DNA of 32,358 nt from Nemertoderma westbladi (lineage: Eukaryota; Animalia; Xenacoelomorpha), in contig JAUCBJ010003632.1 in assembly GCA_032718475.1 (NCBI GenBank), positions 1 to 32,358 of the forward strand. Direction: 5' to 3'. Position 1 is the stretch's first letter. Each line of letters opens with the position of its first letter. The notes under the pieces were generated by a model, which searched no databases, was not told where the DNA came from, and saw nothing but the letters and a program-made list of their open reading frames with translations. Positions 15,001 to 27,974 of the stretch are shown here, one piece after another. A program made the translations under genes and the position numbers.

Positions 15001-18000
15001 AACATATACAGTAGGATGTACAAACAAACACCTACTGAATGTAACATATACAGTAGGATGTACAAACAAACACCTACTGAATGTAACATATACAGTAGGA
15101 TGTACAAACAAACACCTACTGAATGTAACATATACAGTAGGATGTACAAACACCTACTGAATGTAACATATACAGTAGGATGTACAAACAAACATCTACT
15201 GAATGTAACATATACAGTAGGATGTACAAACACCTACTGAATGTAACATATACAGTAGAATGTACAAACACCTACTGAATGTAACATATACAGTAGGATG
15301 TACAAACAAACACCTACTGAATGTAACATATACAGTAGGATGTACAAACAAACACCTACTGAATGTAACATATACAGTAGGATGTACAAACAAACATCTA
15401 CTGAATGTAACATATACAGTAGGATGTACAAACACCTACTGAATGTAACATATACAGTAGGATGTACAAACACCTACTGAATGTAACATATACAGTAGGA
15501 TGTACAAACAAACACCTACTGAATGTAACATATACAGTAGGATGTACAAACACCTACTGAATGTAACATATACAGTAGGATGTACAAACAAACACCTACT
15601 GAATGTAACATATACAGTAGGATGTACAAACAAACACCTACTGAATGTAACATATACAGTAGGATGTACAAACAAACACTACTGAATGTAACATATACAG
15701 TAGGATGTACAAACACCTACTGAATGTAACATATACAGTAGGATGTACAAACACCTACTGAATGTAACATATACAGTAGGATGTACAAACACCTACTGAA
15801 TGTAACATATACAGTAGGATGTACATACAAACACCTACTGAATGTAACATATACAGTAGGATGTACAAACACCTACTGAATGTAACATATACAGTAGGAT
15901 GTACAAACAAACACCTACTGAATGTAACATATACAGTAGGATGTACAAACAAACACCTACTGAATGTAACATATACAGTAGGATGTACAAACACCTACTG
16001 AATGTAACATATACAGTAGGATGTACAAACACCTACTGAATGTAACATATACAGTAGGATGTACAAACAAACACCTACTGAATGTAACATATACAGTAGG
16101 ATGTACATACAAACACCTACTGAATGTAACATATACAGTAGGATGTACAAACACCTACTGAATGTAACATATACAGTAGGATGTACAAACAAACACCTAC
16201 TGAATGTAACATATACAGTAGGATGTACAAACAAACACCTACTGAATGTAACATATACAGTAGGATGTACAAACACCTACTAAATGTAACATATACAGTA
16301 GGATGTACAAACAAACACCTACTGAATGTAACATATACAGTAGGATGTACAAACACCTACTGAATGTAACATATACAGTAGGATGTACAAACAAACACCT
16401 ACTGAATGTAACATATACAGTAGGATGTACAAACACCTACTGAATGTAACATATACAGTAGGATGTACATACAAACACCTACTGAATGTAACATATACAG
16501 TAGGATGTACAAACAAACATCTACTGAATGTAACATATACAGTAGGATGTACAAACAAACACCTACTGAATGTAACATATACAGTAGGATGTACAAACAA
16601 ACACCTACTGAATGTAACATATACAGTAGGATGTACAAACAAACACCTACTGAATGTAACATATACAGTAGGATGTACAAACACCTACTGAATGTAACAT
16701 ATACAGTAGGATGTACAAACAAACATCTACTGAATGTAACATATACAGTAGGATGTACAAACACCTACTGAATGTAACATATACAGTAGGATGTACAAAC
16801 ACCTACTGAATGTAACATATACAGTAGGATGTACAAACAAACACCTACTGAATGTAACATATACAGTAGGATGTACAAACAAACACCTACTGAATGTAAC
16901 ATATACAGTAGGATGTACAAACAAACATCTACTGAATGTAACATATACAGTAGGATGTACAAACACACTACTGAATGTAACATATACAGTAGGATGTACA
17001 AACACCTACTGAATGTAACATATACAGTAGGATGTACAAACAAACACCTACTGAATGTAACATATACAGTAGGATGTACAAACAAACACCTACTGAATGT
17101 AACATATACAGTAGGATGTACAAACAAACATCTACTGAATGTAACATATACAGTAGGATGTACAAACACCTACTGAATGTAACATATACAGTAGGATGTA
17201 CAAACACCTACTGAATGTAACATATACAGTAGGATGTACAAACAAACACCTACTGAATGTAACATATACAGTAGGATGTACAAACAAACACCTACTGAAT
17301 GTAACATATACAGTAGGATGTACAAACAAACACTACTGAATGTAACATATACAGTAGGATGTACAAACACCTACTGAATGTAACATATACAGTAGGATGT
17401 ACAAACACCTACTGAATGTAACATATACAGTAGGATGTACAAACAAACACCTACTGAATGTAACATATACAGTAGGATGTACAAACAAACACCTACTGAA
17501 TGTAACATATACAGTAGGATGTACAAACACCTACTGAATGTAACATATACAGTAGGATGTACAAACACCTACTGAATGTAACATATACAGTAGGATGTAC
17601 AAACAAACACCTACTGAATGTAACATATACAGTAGGATGTACAAACACCTACTGAATGTAACATATACAGTAGGATGTACATACAAACACCTACTGAATG
17701 TAACATATACAGTAGGATGTACAAACACCTACTGAATGTAACATATACAGTAGGATGTACAAACACCTACTGAATGTAACATATACAGTAGGATGTACAA
17801 ACAAACACCTACTGAAAGAAACATAAACAGTAGGATGTACAAACAAACACCTACTGAATGTAACATATACAGTAGGATGTACAAACAAACACCTACTGAA
17901 TGTAACATATACAGTAGGATGTACAAACACCTACTAAATGTAACATATACAGTAGGATGTACAAACAAACACCTACTGAATGTAACATATACAGTAGGAT

Positions 18001-21000
18001 GTACAAACACCTACTGAATGTAACATATACAGTAGGATGTACAAACAAACACCTACTGAATGTAACATATACAGTAGGATGTACAAACACCTACTGAATG
18101 TAACATATACAGTAGGATGTACAACAAACACCTACTGAATGTAACATATACAGTAGGATGTACAAACAAACATCTACTGAATGTAACATATACAGTAGGA
18201 TGTACAAACAAACACCTACTGAATGTAACATATACAGTAGGATGTACAAACAAACACCTACTGAATGTAACATATACAGTAGGATGTACAAACAAACACC
18301 TACTGAATGTAACATATACAGTAGGATGTACAAACACCTACTGAATGTAACATATACAGTAGGATGTACAAACAAACATCTACTGAATGTAACATATACA
18401 GTAGGATGTACAAACACCTACTGAATGTAACATATACAGTAGGATGTACAAACACCTACTGAATGTAACATATACAGTAGGATGTACAAACAAACACCTA
18501 CTGAATGTAACATATACAGTAGGATGTACAAACAAACACCTACTGAATGTAACATATACAGTAGGATGTACAAACAAACATCTACTGAATGTAACATATA
18601 CAGTAGGATGTACAAACACCTACTGAATGTAACATATACAGTAGGATGTACAAACACCTACTGAATGTAACATATACAGTAGGATGTACAAACAAACATC
18701 TACTGAATGTAACATATACAGTAGGATGTACAAACAAACACCTACTGAATGTAACATATACAGTAGGATGTACAAACAAACACCTACTGAATGTAACATA
18801 TACAGTAGGATGTACAAACACCTACTGAATGTAACATATACAGTAGGATGTACAAACAAACATCTACTGAATGTAATATATACAGTAGGATGTACAAACA
18901 CCTACTGAATGTAACATATACAGTAGGATGTACAAACACCTACTGAATGTAACATATACAGTAGGATGTACAAACAAACACCTACTGAATGTAACATATA
19001 CAGTAGGATGTACAAACAAACACCTACTGAATGTAACATATACAGTAGGATGTACAAACAAACATCTACTGAATGTAACATATACAGTAGGATGTACAAA
19101 CACCTACTGAATGTAACATATACAGTAGGATGTACAAACACCTACTGAATGTAACATATACAGTAGGATGTACAAACAAACACCTACTGAATGTAACATA
19201 TACAGTAGGATGTACAAACAAACACCTACTGAATGTAACATATACAGTAGGATGTACAAACAAACACCTACTGAATGTAACATATACAGTAGGATGTACA
19301 AACAAACATCTACTGAATGTAACATATACAGTAGGATGTACAAACAAACACCTACTGAATGTAACATATACAGTAGGATGTACAAACACCTACTAAAAGA
19401 AACATAAACAGTAGGATGTACAAACAAACACCTACTGAATGTAACATATACAGTAGGATGTACAAACAAACACCTACTGAATGTAACATATACAGTAGGA
19501 TGTACAAACAAACATCTACTGAATGTAACATATACAGTAGGATGTACAAACACCTACTGAATGTAACATATACAGTAGGATGTACAAACACCTACTGAAT
19601 GTAACATATACAGTAGGATGTACAAACAAACATCTACTGAATGTAACATATACAGTAGGATGTACAAACACCTACTGAATGTAACATATACAGTAGAATG
19701 TACAAACACCTACTGAATGTAACATATACAGTAGGATGTACAAACAAACACCTACTGAATGTAACATATACAGTAGGATGTACAAACAAACACCTACTGA
19801 ATGTAACATATACAGTAGGATGTACAAACAAACATCTACTGAATGTAACATATACAGTAGGATGTACAAACAAACATCTACTGAATGTAACATATACAGT
19901 AGGATGTACAAACACCTACTGAATGTAACATATACAGTAGGATGTACAAACACCTACTGAATGTAACATATACAGTAGGATGTACAAACAAACACCTACT
20001 GAATGTAACATATACAGTAGGATGTACAAACAAACACCTACTGAATGTAACATATACAGTAGGATGTACAAACAAACACCTACTGAATGTAACATATACA
20101 GTAGGATGTACAAACAAACATCTACTGAATGTAACATATACAGTAGGATGTACAAACAAACACCTACTGAATGTAACATATACAGTAGGATGTACAAACA
20201 CCTACTGAATGTAACATATACAGTAGGATGTACAAACAAACACCTACTGAATGTAACATATATAGTAGGATGTACAAACACCTACTAAAAGAAACATATA
20301 CAGTAGGATGTACAAACAAACACCTACTGAATGTAACATATACAGTAGGATGTACAAACAAACACCTACTGAATGTAACATATACAGTAGGATGTACAAA
20401 CAAACACCTACTGAATGTAACATATACAGTAGGATGTACAAACAAACATCTACTGAATGTAACATATACAGTAGGATGTACAAACACCTACTGAATGTAA
20501 CATATACAGTAGGATGTACAAACACCTACTGAATGTAACATATACAGTAGGATGTACAAACAAACACCTACTGAATGTAACATATACAGTAGGATGTACA
20601 AACAAACACCTACTGAATGTAACATATACAGTAGGATGTACAAACAAACACCTACTGAATGTAACATATACAGTAGGATGTACAAACAAACATCTACTGA
20701 ATGTAACATATACAGTAGGATGTACAAACAAACACCTACTGAATGTAACATATACAGTAGGATGTACAAACACCTACTGAATGTAACATATACAGTAGGA
20801 TGTACAAACAAACACCTACTGAATGTAACATATATAGTAGGATGTACAAACACCTACTGAAAGAAACATATACAGTAGGATGTACAAACAAACACCTACT
20901 GAATGTAACATATACAGTAGGATGTACAAACAAACACCTACTGAATGTAACATATACAGTAGGATGTACAAACAAACACCTACTGAATGTAACATATACA

Positions 21001-23796
21001 GTAGGATGTACAAACATCTACTGAATGTAACATATACAGTAGGATGTACAAACACCTACTGAATGTAACATATACAGTAGGATGTACAAACAAACATCTA
21101 CTGAATGTAACATATACAGTAGGATGTACAAACACCTACTGAATGTAACATATACAGTAGGATGTACAAACACCTACTGAATGTAACATATACAGTAGGA
21201 TGTACAAACAAACACCTACTGAATGTAACATATACAGTAGGATGTACAAACAAACACCTACTGAATGTAACATATACAGTAGGATGTACAAACAAACATC
21301 TACTGAATGTAACATATACAGTAGGATGTACAAACACCTACTGATTGTAACAGTTACAGTAGGATATCAAACACCTACTGAATGTAACATATACAGTAGG
21401 ATGTACAAACACCTACTGAATGTAACATATACAGTAGGATGTACAAACAAACACCTACTGAATGTAACATATACAGTAGGATGTACAAACAAACATCTAC
21501 TGAATGTAACATATACAGTAGGATGTACAAACACCTACTGAATGTAACATATACAGTAGGATGTACAAACACCTACTGAATGTAACATATACAGTAGGAT
21601 GTACAAACAAACACCTACTGAATGTAACATATACAGTAGGATGTACAAACAAACACCTACTGAATGTAACATATACAGTAGGATGTACAAACAAACATCT
21701 ACTGAATGTAACATATACAGTAGGATGTACAAACACCTACTGAATGTAACATATACAGTAGGATGTACAAACACCTACTGAATGTAACATATACAGTAGG
21801 ATGTACAAACAAACACCTACTGAATGTAACATATACAGTAGGATGTACAAACACCTACTGAATGTAACATATACAGTAGGATGTACAAACAAACACCTAC
21901 TGAATGTAACATATACAGTAGGATGTACAAACAAACACCTACTGAATGTAACATATACAGTAGGATGTACAAACAAACACCTACTGAATGTAACATATAC
22001 AGTAGGATGTACAAACAAACACCTACTGAATGTAACATATACAGTAGGATGTACAAACACCTACTGAATATAACATATACAGTAGGATGTACAAACAAAC
22101 ACCTACTGAATGTAACATATACAGTAGGATGTACAAACAAACACCTACTGAATGTAACATATACAGTAGGATGTACAAACAAACACCTACTGAATGTAAC
22201 ATATACAGTAGGATGTACAAACAAACACCTACTGAATGTAACATATACAGTAGGATGTACAAACACCTACTGAATGTAACATATACAGTAGGATGTACAT
22301 ACAAACACCTACTGAATGTAACATATACAGTAGGATGTACAAACACCTACTGAATGTAACATATATAGTAGGATGTACAAACACCTACTGAATGAAACAT
22401 ATACAGTAGGATGTACAAACAAACACCTACTGAATGTAACATATATAGTAGCATGTACAAACAAACACCTACTGAATGTAACATATACAGTAGGATGTAC
22501 AAACACCTACTGAATGTAACATATACAGTAGGATGTACAAACACCTACTGAATGTAACATATACAGTAGGATGTACAAACAAACACCTACTGAATGTAAC
22601 ATATACAGTAGGATGTACAAACACCTACTGAATGTAACATATACAGTAGGATGTACAAACAAACACCTACTGAATGTAACATATACAGTAGGATGTACAA
22701 ACAAACACCTACTGAATGTAACATATACAGTAGGATGTACAAACAAACACCTACTGAATGTAACATATACAGTAGGATGTACAAACAAACACCTACTGAA
22801 TGTAACATATACAGTAGGATGTACAAACACCTACTGAATATAACATATACAGTAGGATGTACAAACAAACACCTACTGAATGTAACATATACAGTAGGAT
22901 GTACAAACAAACACCTACTGAATGTAACATATACAGTAGGATGTACAAACAAACACCTACTGAATGTAACATATACAGTAGGATGTACAAACAAACACCT
23001 ACTGAATGTAACATATACAGTAGGATGTACAAACACCTACTGAATGTAACATATACAGTAGGATGTACATACAAACACCTACTGAATGTAACATATACAG
23101 TAGGATGTACAAACACCTACTGAATGTAACATATATAGTAGGATGTACAAACACCTACTGAATGAAACATATACAGTAGGATGTACAAACAAACACCTAC
23201 TGAATGTAACATATATAGTAGCATGTACAAACAAACACCTACTGAATGTAACATATACAGTAGGATGTACAAACACCTACTGAATGTAACATATACAGTA
23301 GGATGTACAAACACCTACTGAAGAAACATATACAGTAGCATGTACAAACAAACACCTACTGAATGTAACATATACAGTAGGATGTACAAACAAACACCTA
23401 CTGAATGTAACATATACAGTAGGATGTACAAACAAACACCTACTGAATGTAACATATACAGTAGGATGTACAAACACCTACTGAATGTAACATATACAGT
23501 AGGATGTACAAACAAACACCTACTGAATGTAACATATACAGTAGGATGTACAAACACCTACTGAATGTAACATATACAGTAGGATGTACAAACAAACACC
23601 TACTGAATGTAACATATACAGTAGGATGTACAAACACCTACTGAATGTAACATATACAGTAGGATGTACAAACAAACACCTACTGAATGTAACATATACA
23701 GTAGGATGTACAAACACCTACTAAAAGAAACATATACAGTAGGATGTACAAACAAACACCTACTGAATGTAACATATACAGTAGGATGTACAAACA
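1..23796. repeat. Giant tandem minisatellite/satellite array with 38-bp and 42-bp units: CACCTACTGAATGTAACATATACAGTAGGATGTACAAA(CAAA). Roughly 590 units, truncated by the left window edge
   Basis: Directly visible head-to-tail units. The two length classes differ by one extra CAAA. Few point variants. The array ends abruptly at ...GTACAAACA (23796). Unit count is estimated as length divided by ~40. Confidence 0.99.
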
Positions 23797-24138
23797 CGTT
23801 CGTGGGGACTTCGCGCAGCACGAGAGTGCAGTCGTACAAACAGTAACTGTAACATTTACAATAATAATTTATTAATATCTCTATGGTGCAACTAAACTAA
23901 AATATCCACCAAACTATATATTACTATGTCTTATGTTATATAACAATTTGTGCAACGCAAAATAATTGTGCAATATAAATAATTTGAGCAATCTCTGTCA
24001 TTTGTGACTATAATTTGTGCAGACTACGAAATTAGTGTGACTGCAAAATAATAAAAAACTTGTGTTTGTGAACCTCAAAAATATTATTAGCAAAATAGAA
24101 AGCTGCAACGAGCATTATTTAGCAGGTAACTGTAACAA

Positions 24139-24204
24139 AGCACAGAGAGGGTGTATTATACATAGCCGACAGCACAGATAGGGTGTATTATACATAGCCG
24201 ACAG
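24139..24204. repeat. 32-bp tandem duplication (2 copies)
   Basis: AGCACAGAGAGGGTGTATTATACATAGCCGAC at 24139-24170 is followed by a copy with one mismatch at 24171-24202. Confidence 0.9.
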
Positions 24205-24251
24205 TGCAGTGGTAGCACAAAGAGTACGCTGTTACCATAGATATTTCAAAC

Positions 24252-24335
24252 CTTCATCATCAATATCTTCATCCGCACTTTTGCCTTTACCTGCAGAATT
24301 ACGAGATCGTTGTGAGAGAGGGTTAAAACCGCCAC
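24252..24335 (-). CDS. CLIP3/4: Probable further exon of the CLIP3/4-like gene (linker, (G)GGFNPLSQRSRNSAGKGKSADEDIDDE(G)). Boundaries uncertain
   Basis: Open frame compatible with the phase-1 end of the 27260-27391 exon, encoding a charged low-complexity linker. Two in-frame acceptors: GGTTAG| (exon start 24335) and TTCTGCAG| (start 24290). Possible donors: G|GTTTGA (end 24252) or TG|GTAACA (end 24236). Read-through would hit TAA after ...GLKYLW. No conserved motif confirms it. Confidence 0.5.
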
Positions 24336-26845
24336 CTAACCAAAGGCAGATACCAACCAATCAGAGGGATGGTTACAACCGCCACCTAACCAATGGCAGA
24401 TACCAACCAATCAGAGGGAGGGTTACAACCGCCACCTAACCAATGGCAGATACCAACCAATCAGAGGGAGGGTTACAACCGTCACCTAACTAATGGCAGA
24501 TACCAACCAATCAGAGGGAGGGTTACAATCGCCACCTAACCAATGGCAGATACCAACCAATCAGAGGGAGGGTTACAACCGCCACCTAACCAATGGCAGA
24601 TACCAACCAATCAGAGGGAGGGTTACAACCGTCACCTAACCAATGACAGATACCAACCAATCAGAGGGAGGGTTACAACCGCCACCTAACCAATGACAGA
24701 TACCAAACAATCAGAGGGAGGGTTACAACCACCACCTAACCAATGACAGATACCAACCAATCAGAGGGATGGTTACAACCGCCACCTAACCAATGGCAGA
24801 TACCAACCAATCAGAGGGAGGGTTACAACCGCCACCTAACCAATGACAGATACCAACCAATCAGAGGGAGGGTTACAACCGCCACCTAACTAATGACAGA
24901 TACCAACCAATCAGAGGGAGGGTTACAACCGCCACCTAACTAATGACAGATACCAACCAATCAGAGGGAGGGTTACAACCGCAACATAACTAATGACAGA
25001 TACCAACCAATCAGAGGGAGGGTTACAACCGCCACCTAACCAATGACAGATACCAACCAATCAGAGGGAGGGTTACAACCGCCACCTAACCAATGACAGA
25101 TACCAACCAATCAGAGGGAGGGTTACAACCGCCACCTAACCAATGGCAGATACCAACCAATCAGAGGGAGGGTTACAACCGCCACCTAACCAATGACAGA
25201 TACCAACTAATCAGAGGGAGGGTTACAACCGCCACCTAACTAATGACAGATACCAACCAATCAGAGGGAGGGTTACAACCGCCACCTAACTAATGACAGA
25301 TACCAACCAATCAGAGGGAGGGTTACAACCGCAACATAACTAATGACAGATACCAACCAATCAGAGGGAGGGTTAAAACCGCCACCAAACCAATGGCAGA
25401 TACCAACCAATCAGAGGGAGGGTTACAACCGCCACCTAACCAATGGCAGATCCAGATACCAACCAATCAGAGGGAGGGTTACAACCGCGACCTAACCAAT
25501 GGCAGATACCAACCAATCAGAGGGAGGGTTACAACCGCCATCTAACCAATGGCAGATACCAACCAATCAGAGGGAGGGTTACAACCGCGACCTAACAAAT
25601 GGCAGATACCAACCAATCAGAGGGAGGGTTACAACCGCCACCTAACCAATAATGACAGATACCAACCATTCAGAGGGAGGGTTACAACCGCGACCTAACA
25701 AATGGCAGATACCAACCAATCAGAGGGAGGGTTACAACCGCAACATAACTAATGACAGATACCAACCAATCAGAGGGAGGGTTAAAACCGCCACCAAACC
25801 AATGGCAGATACCAACCAATCAGAGGGAGGGTTACAACCGCCACCTAACCAATGGCAGATCCAGATACCAACCAATCAGAGGGAGGGTTACAACCGCCAC
25901 CTAACCAATGGCAGATTCCAACCAAGCAGAGAGAGGGTTACAAACGCCACCTAGCCAATGGCGGATACCAACCAATTACAGGGAGGGTTACAACTGCCAC
26001 CTAACCAATGCCAAATAACAACCAATCTGAGGGAGGGTTACAAATGCCATCTAACCAATGGCAGATACCAACCAATTACAGGGAGGGCTACAATCGCCAC
26101 CTAAGCAATGACAGATACCAACCAATCAGAGGGAGGGTTACAAACGCCACCTAACTAATGGCAGATACCAACCAATTACTGAGAGGGTTACAATCGCCAC
26201 CTAAGCAATGACAGATACCAACCAATCAGAGGGCGGGTTACAATCGCCACCTAACCAATGACAGATACCAACCAATTACGGGGAGAGTTACAACCGCTAC
26301 CTAACCAAAATGGCAGATACCAACCAATTACAGGGAGGGCTACAATCGCCACCTAACCAATGACAGATACCAACCAATCAGAGGGAGGGTTACAAACGCC
26401 ACCTAACCAATGACAGATACCAACCAATTACGGGGAGAGTTACAACCGCTACCTAACCAAAATGGCAGATACCAACCAATCAGAGGGCGGGTTACAAACG
26501 CCACCTAACCAATGACAGATACCAACCAATTACGGGGAGAGTTACAACCGCTACCTAACCAAAATGGCAGATACCAACCAATTACAGGGAGGGCTACAAT
26601 CGCCACCTAACCAATGACAGATACCAACCAATCAGAGGGAGGGTTACAAACGCCACCTAACCAATGACAGATACCAACCAATTACGGGGAGAGTTACAAC
26701 CGCCACCTAACCAATAATGAGAGATACCAACCAATTACAGAGAGGGTTAAAACCGCCACCTAACCAATGACAGATACCAACAATTACAGAGAGGTTAAAA
26801 CCGCCACCAAACCAATGGTAGAAACCAACCATTTACAGGGAGGGA
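24315..26845. repeat. 50-bp minisatellite, ~50 units: TCAGAGGGAGGGTTACAACCGCCACCTAACCAATGGCAGATACCAACCAA
   Basis: Exact 50-bp period from ~24340 to 25440, then increasingly diverged units with small indels toward 26845. Confidence 0.97.
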
Positions 26846-27259
26846 GGGTCATTTAAACTTAAAGTGTCCGCATTCATGAGGAATTGTATCCAATTTTCCT
26901 TTATTTTCGTTCTTTATATCCAAAGCAAACTAATATAAACTTAAAAATTTAGTTTATTGTTTAGGTTGGGTGTTAGGCAACAATGACTTAATCCACTTAC
27001 GTTGAATAGCAAATGTTCGTATCGATTTAATAATGCGGGCAGACAACGAACTCCAATCGCATCAAATCGAATTGCATATCAACAACTAACAGTAGGCCTA
27101 CAGTGATTTACCTTTGTATTGGTTGTCCGTAGATAAGAGATAAATTAATAAATACCAGCGTTATTGTTCGCGAAGTATTATAATTATAAATAAATATAAT
27201 ATAATACTTATAAATCGCATTTTACTGAACAATATATACTAGATTATAGTAGCAGTTAC

Positions 27260-27391
27260 CTTCTTTGGCAGGAGTTGCCTTTTTCGTCTTTGGCTTCGCT
27301 GTTTTCGCTTTAATGGCCTCTGCAGCCATCGCTTTGGCAATACCCTTCTTATCTCTTTCATGGAAACATTTGGACACAGGAACAAATACAC
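27260..27391 (-). CDS. CLIP3/4: Exon of CLIP3/4-like gene: end of CAP-Gly domain and basic linker ((G)VFVPVSKCFHERDKKGIAKAMAAEAIKAKTAKPKTKKATPAKE(G))
   Basis: Acceptor TTCCTTTGTTCCTGCTACAG|, donor G|GTAACT. 132 nt, phase 1-1. Joins the upstream exon to give NH-G-VFVPVSK, the typical CAP-Gly C-terminal G-x-F motif. Confidence 0.9.
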
Positions 27392-27511
27392 CTGTAGCAG
27401 GAACAAAGGAAATTTTAAAAATGTAGTTTGGTACATAAAATAATTTTAGTTTAATTAATTCCAATAAGTGAGTCATTGTGTGGTGGGTGCAATGCCCCAC
27501 TCTCCCAAGCA

Positions 27512-27532
27512 CCCCCCCCCCCCCCCCCCCCC
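27512..27532. repeat. Poly-C tract (C21)
   Basis: Homopolymer run seen directly. Confidence 0.9.
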
Positions 27533-27683
27533 AGAATCCTGTATAAATCTACCCGAATGTATGCCACTAGCATCCTTATTAATTATTATAAATGGTAATT
27601 ACAATTAGTTAACAAAAGCTAACCTTTAAATGAAATATATTGACAATCAAGTTTTAAAACCCAATACACCGTACCATCCAGTA

Positions 27684-27716
27684 GGATACGATACGATACG
27701 GATACGATACGGATAC
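27684..27716. repeat. (GATAC/GGATAC)n microsatellite
   Basis: GGATACGATACGATACGGATACGATACGGATAC. Confidence 0.85.
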
Positions 27717-27849
27717 AAACGTATTGCACCGTTCAATGACAAAAATGGGCAGGAAATATTTATTATAGCTTAATGAAAATGACATACAATGAAATGAAAT
27801 AAGAAGTGGGGAAAATAATATATTTATATCCCGCCCTAATGATAATGAA

Positions 27850-27974
27850 TAAAGGGTTGGTTACTATAAAGGGTTGGTTACTATAAAGGGATGGTTACTA
27901 TAAAGGGTTGGTTACTATAAAGGGTTGTTTACTATAAAGGGATGGTTACTATAAAGGGTTGGTTACTATAAAGG
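27850..27974. repeat. 17-bp minisatellite, left part (AAAGGGTTGGTTACTAT), ~7 units
   Basis: Tandem units with GGGATGG and GGGTTGT variants, ending exactly at the retroelement 5' junction. Confidence 0.95.

Noticed and set aside
1-23796. CRISPR array (palindromic repeats of ~38 bp)
   Set aside because: No unique spacers, units are head-to-tail, no cas genes, and the context is a spliced animal gene.
4-23846. Hundreds of short ORFs (MFVHPTVYVTFSRCL..., MYKQTPTECNIYSR...)
   Set aside because: They are translations of the 42-bp unit (a multiple of 3), broken by 38-bp units, overlapping in several frames on both strands.
23775-23846. Candidate minus-strand exon (YCLYDCTLVLREVPTNVFVHPT) running into the giant array
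   Set aside because: An AG is present, but no frame resembles CLIP3/4 or CAP-Gly and no convincing donor follows. It cannot be supported without RNA data.
24209-25954. Plus-strand ORFs 24209-24439 and 25652-25954
   Set aside because: They are translations of the 50-bp repeat and the antisense of a probable exon.
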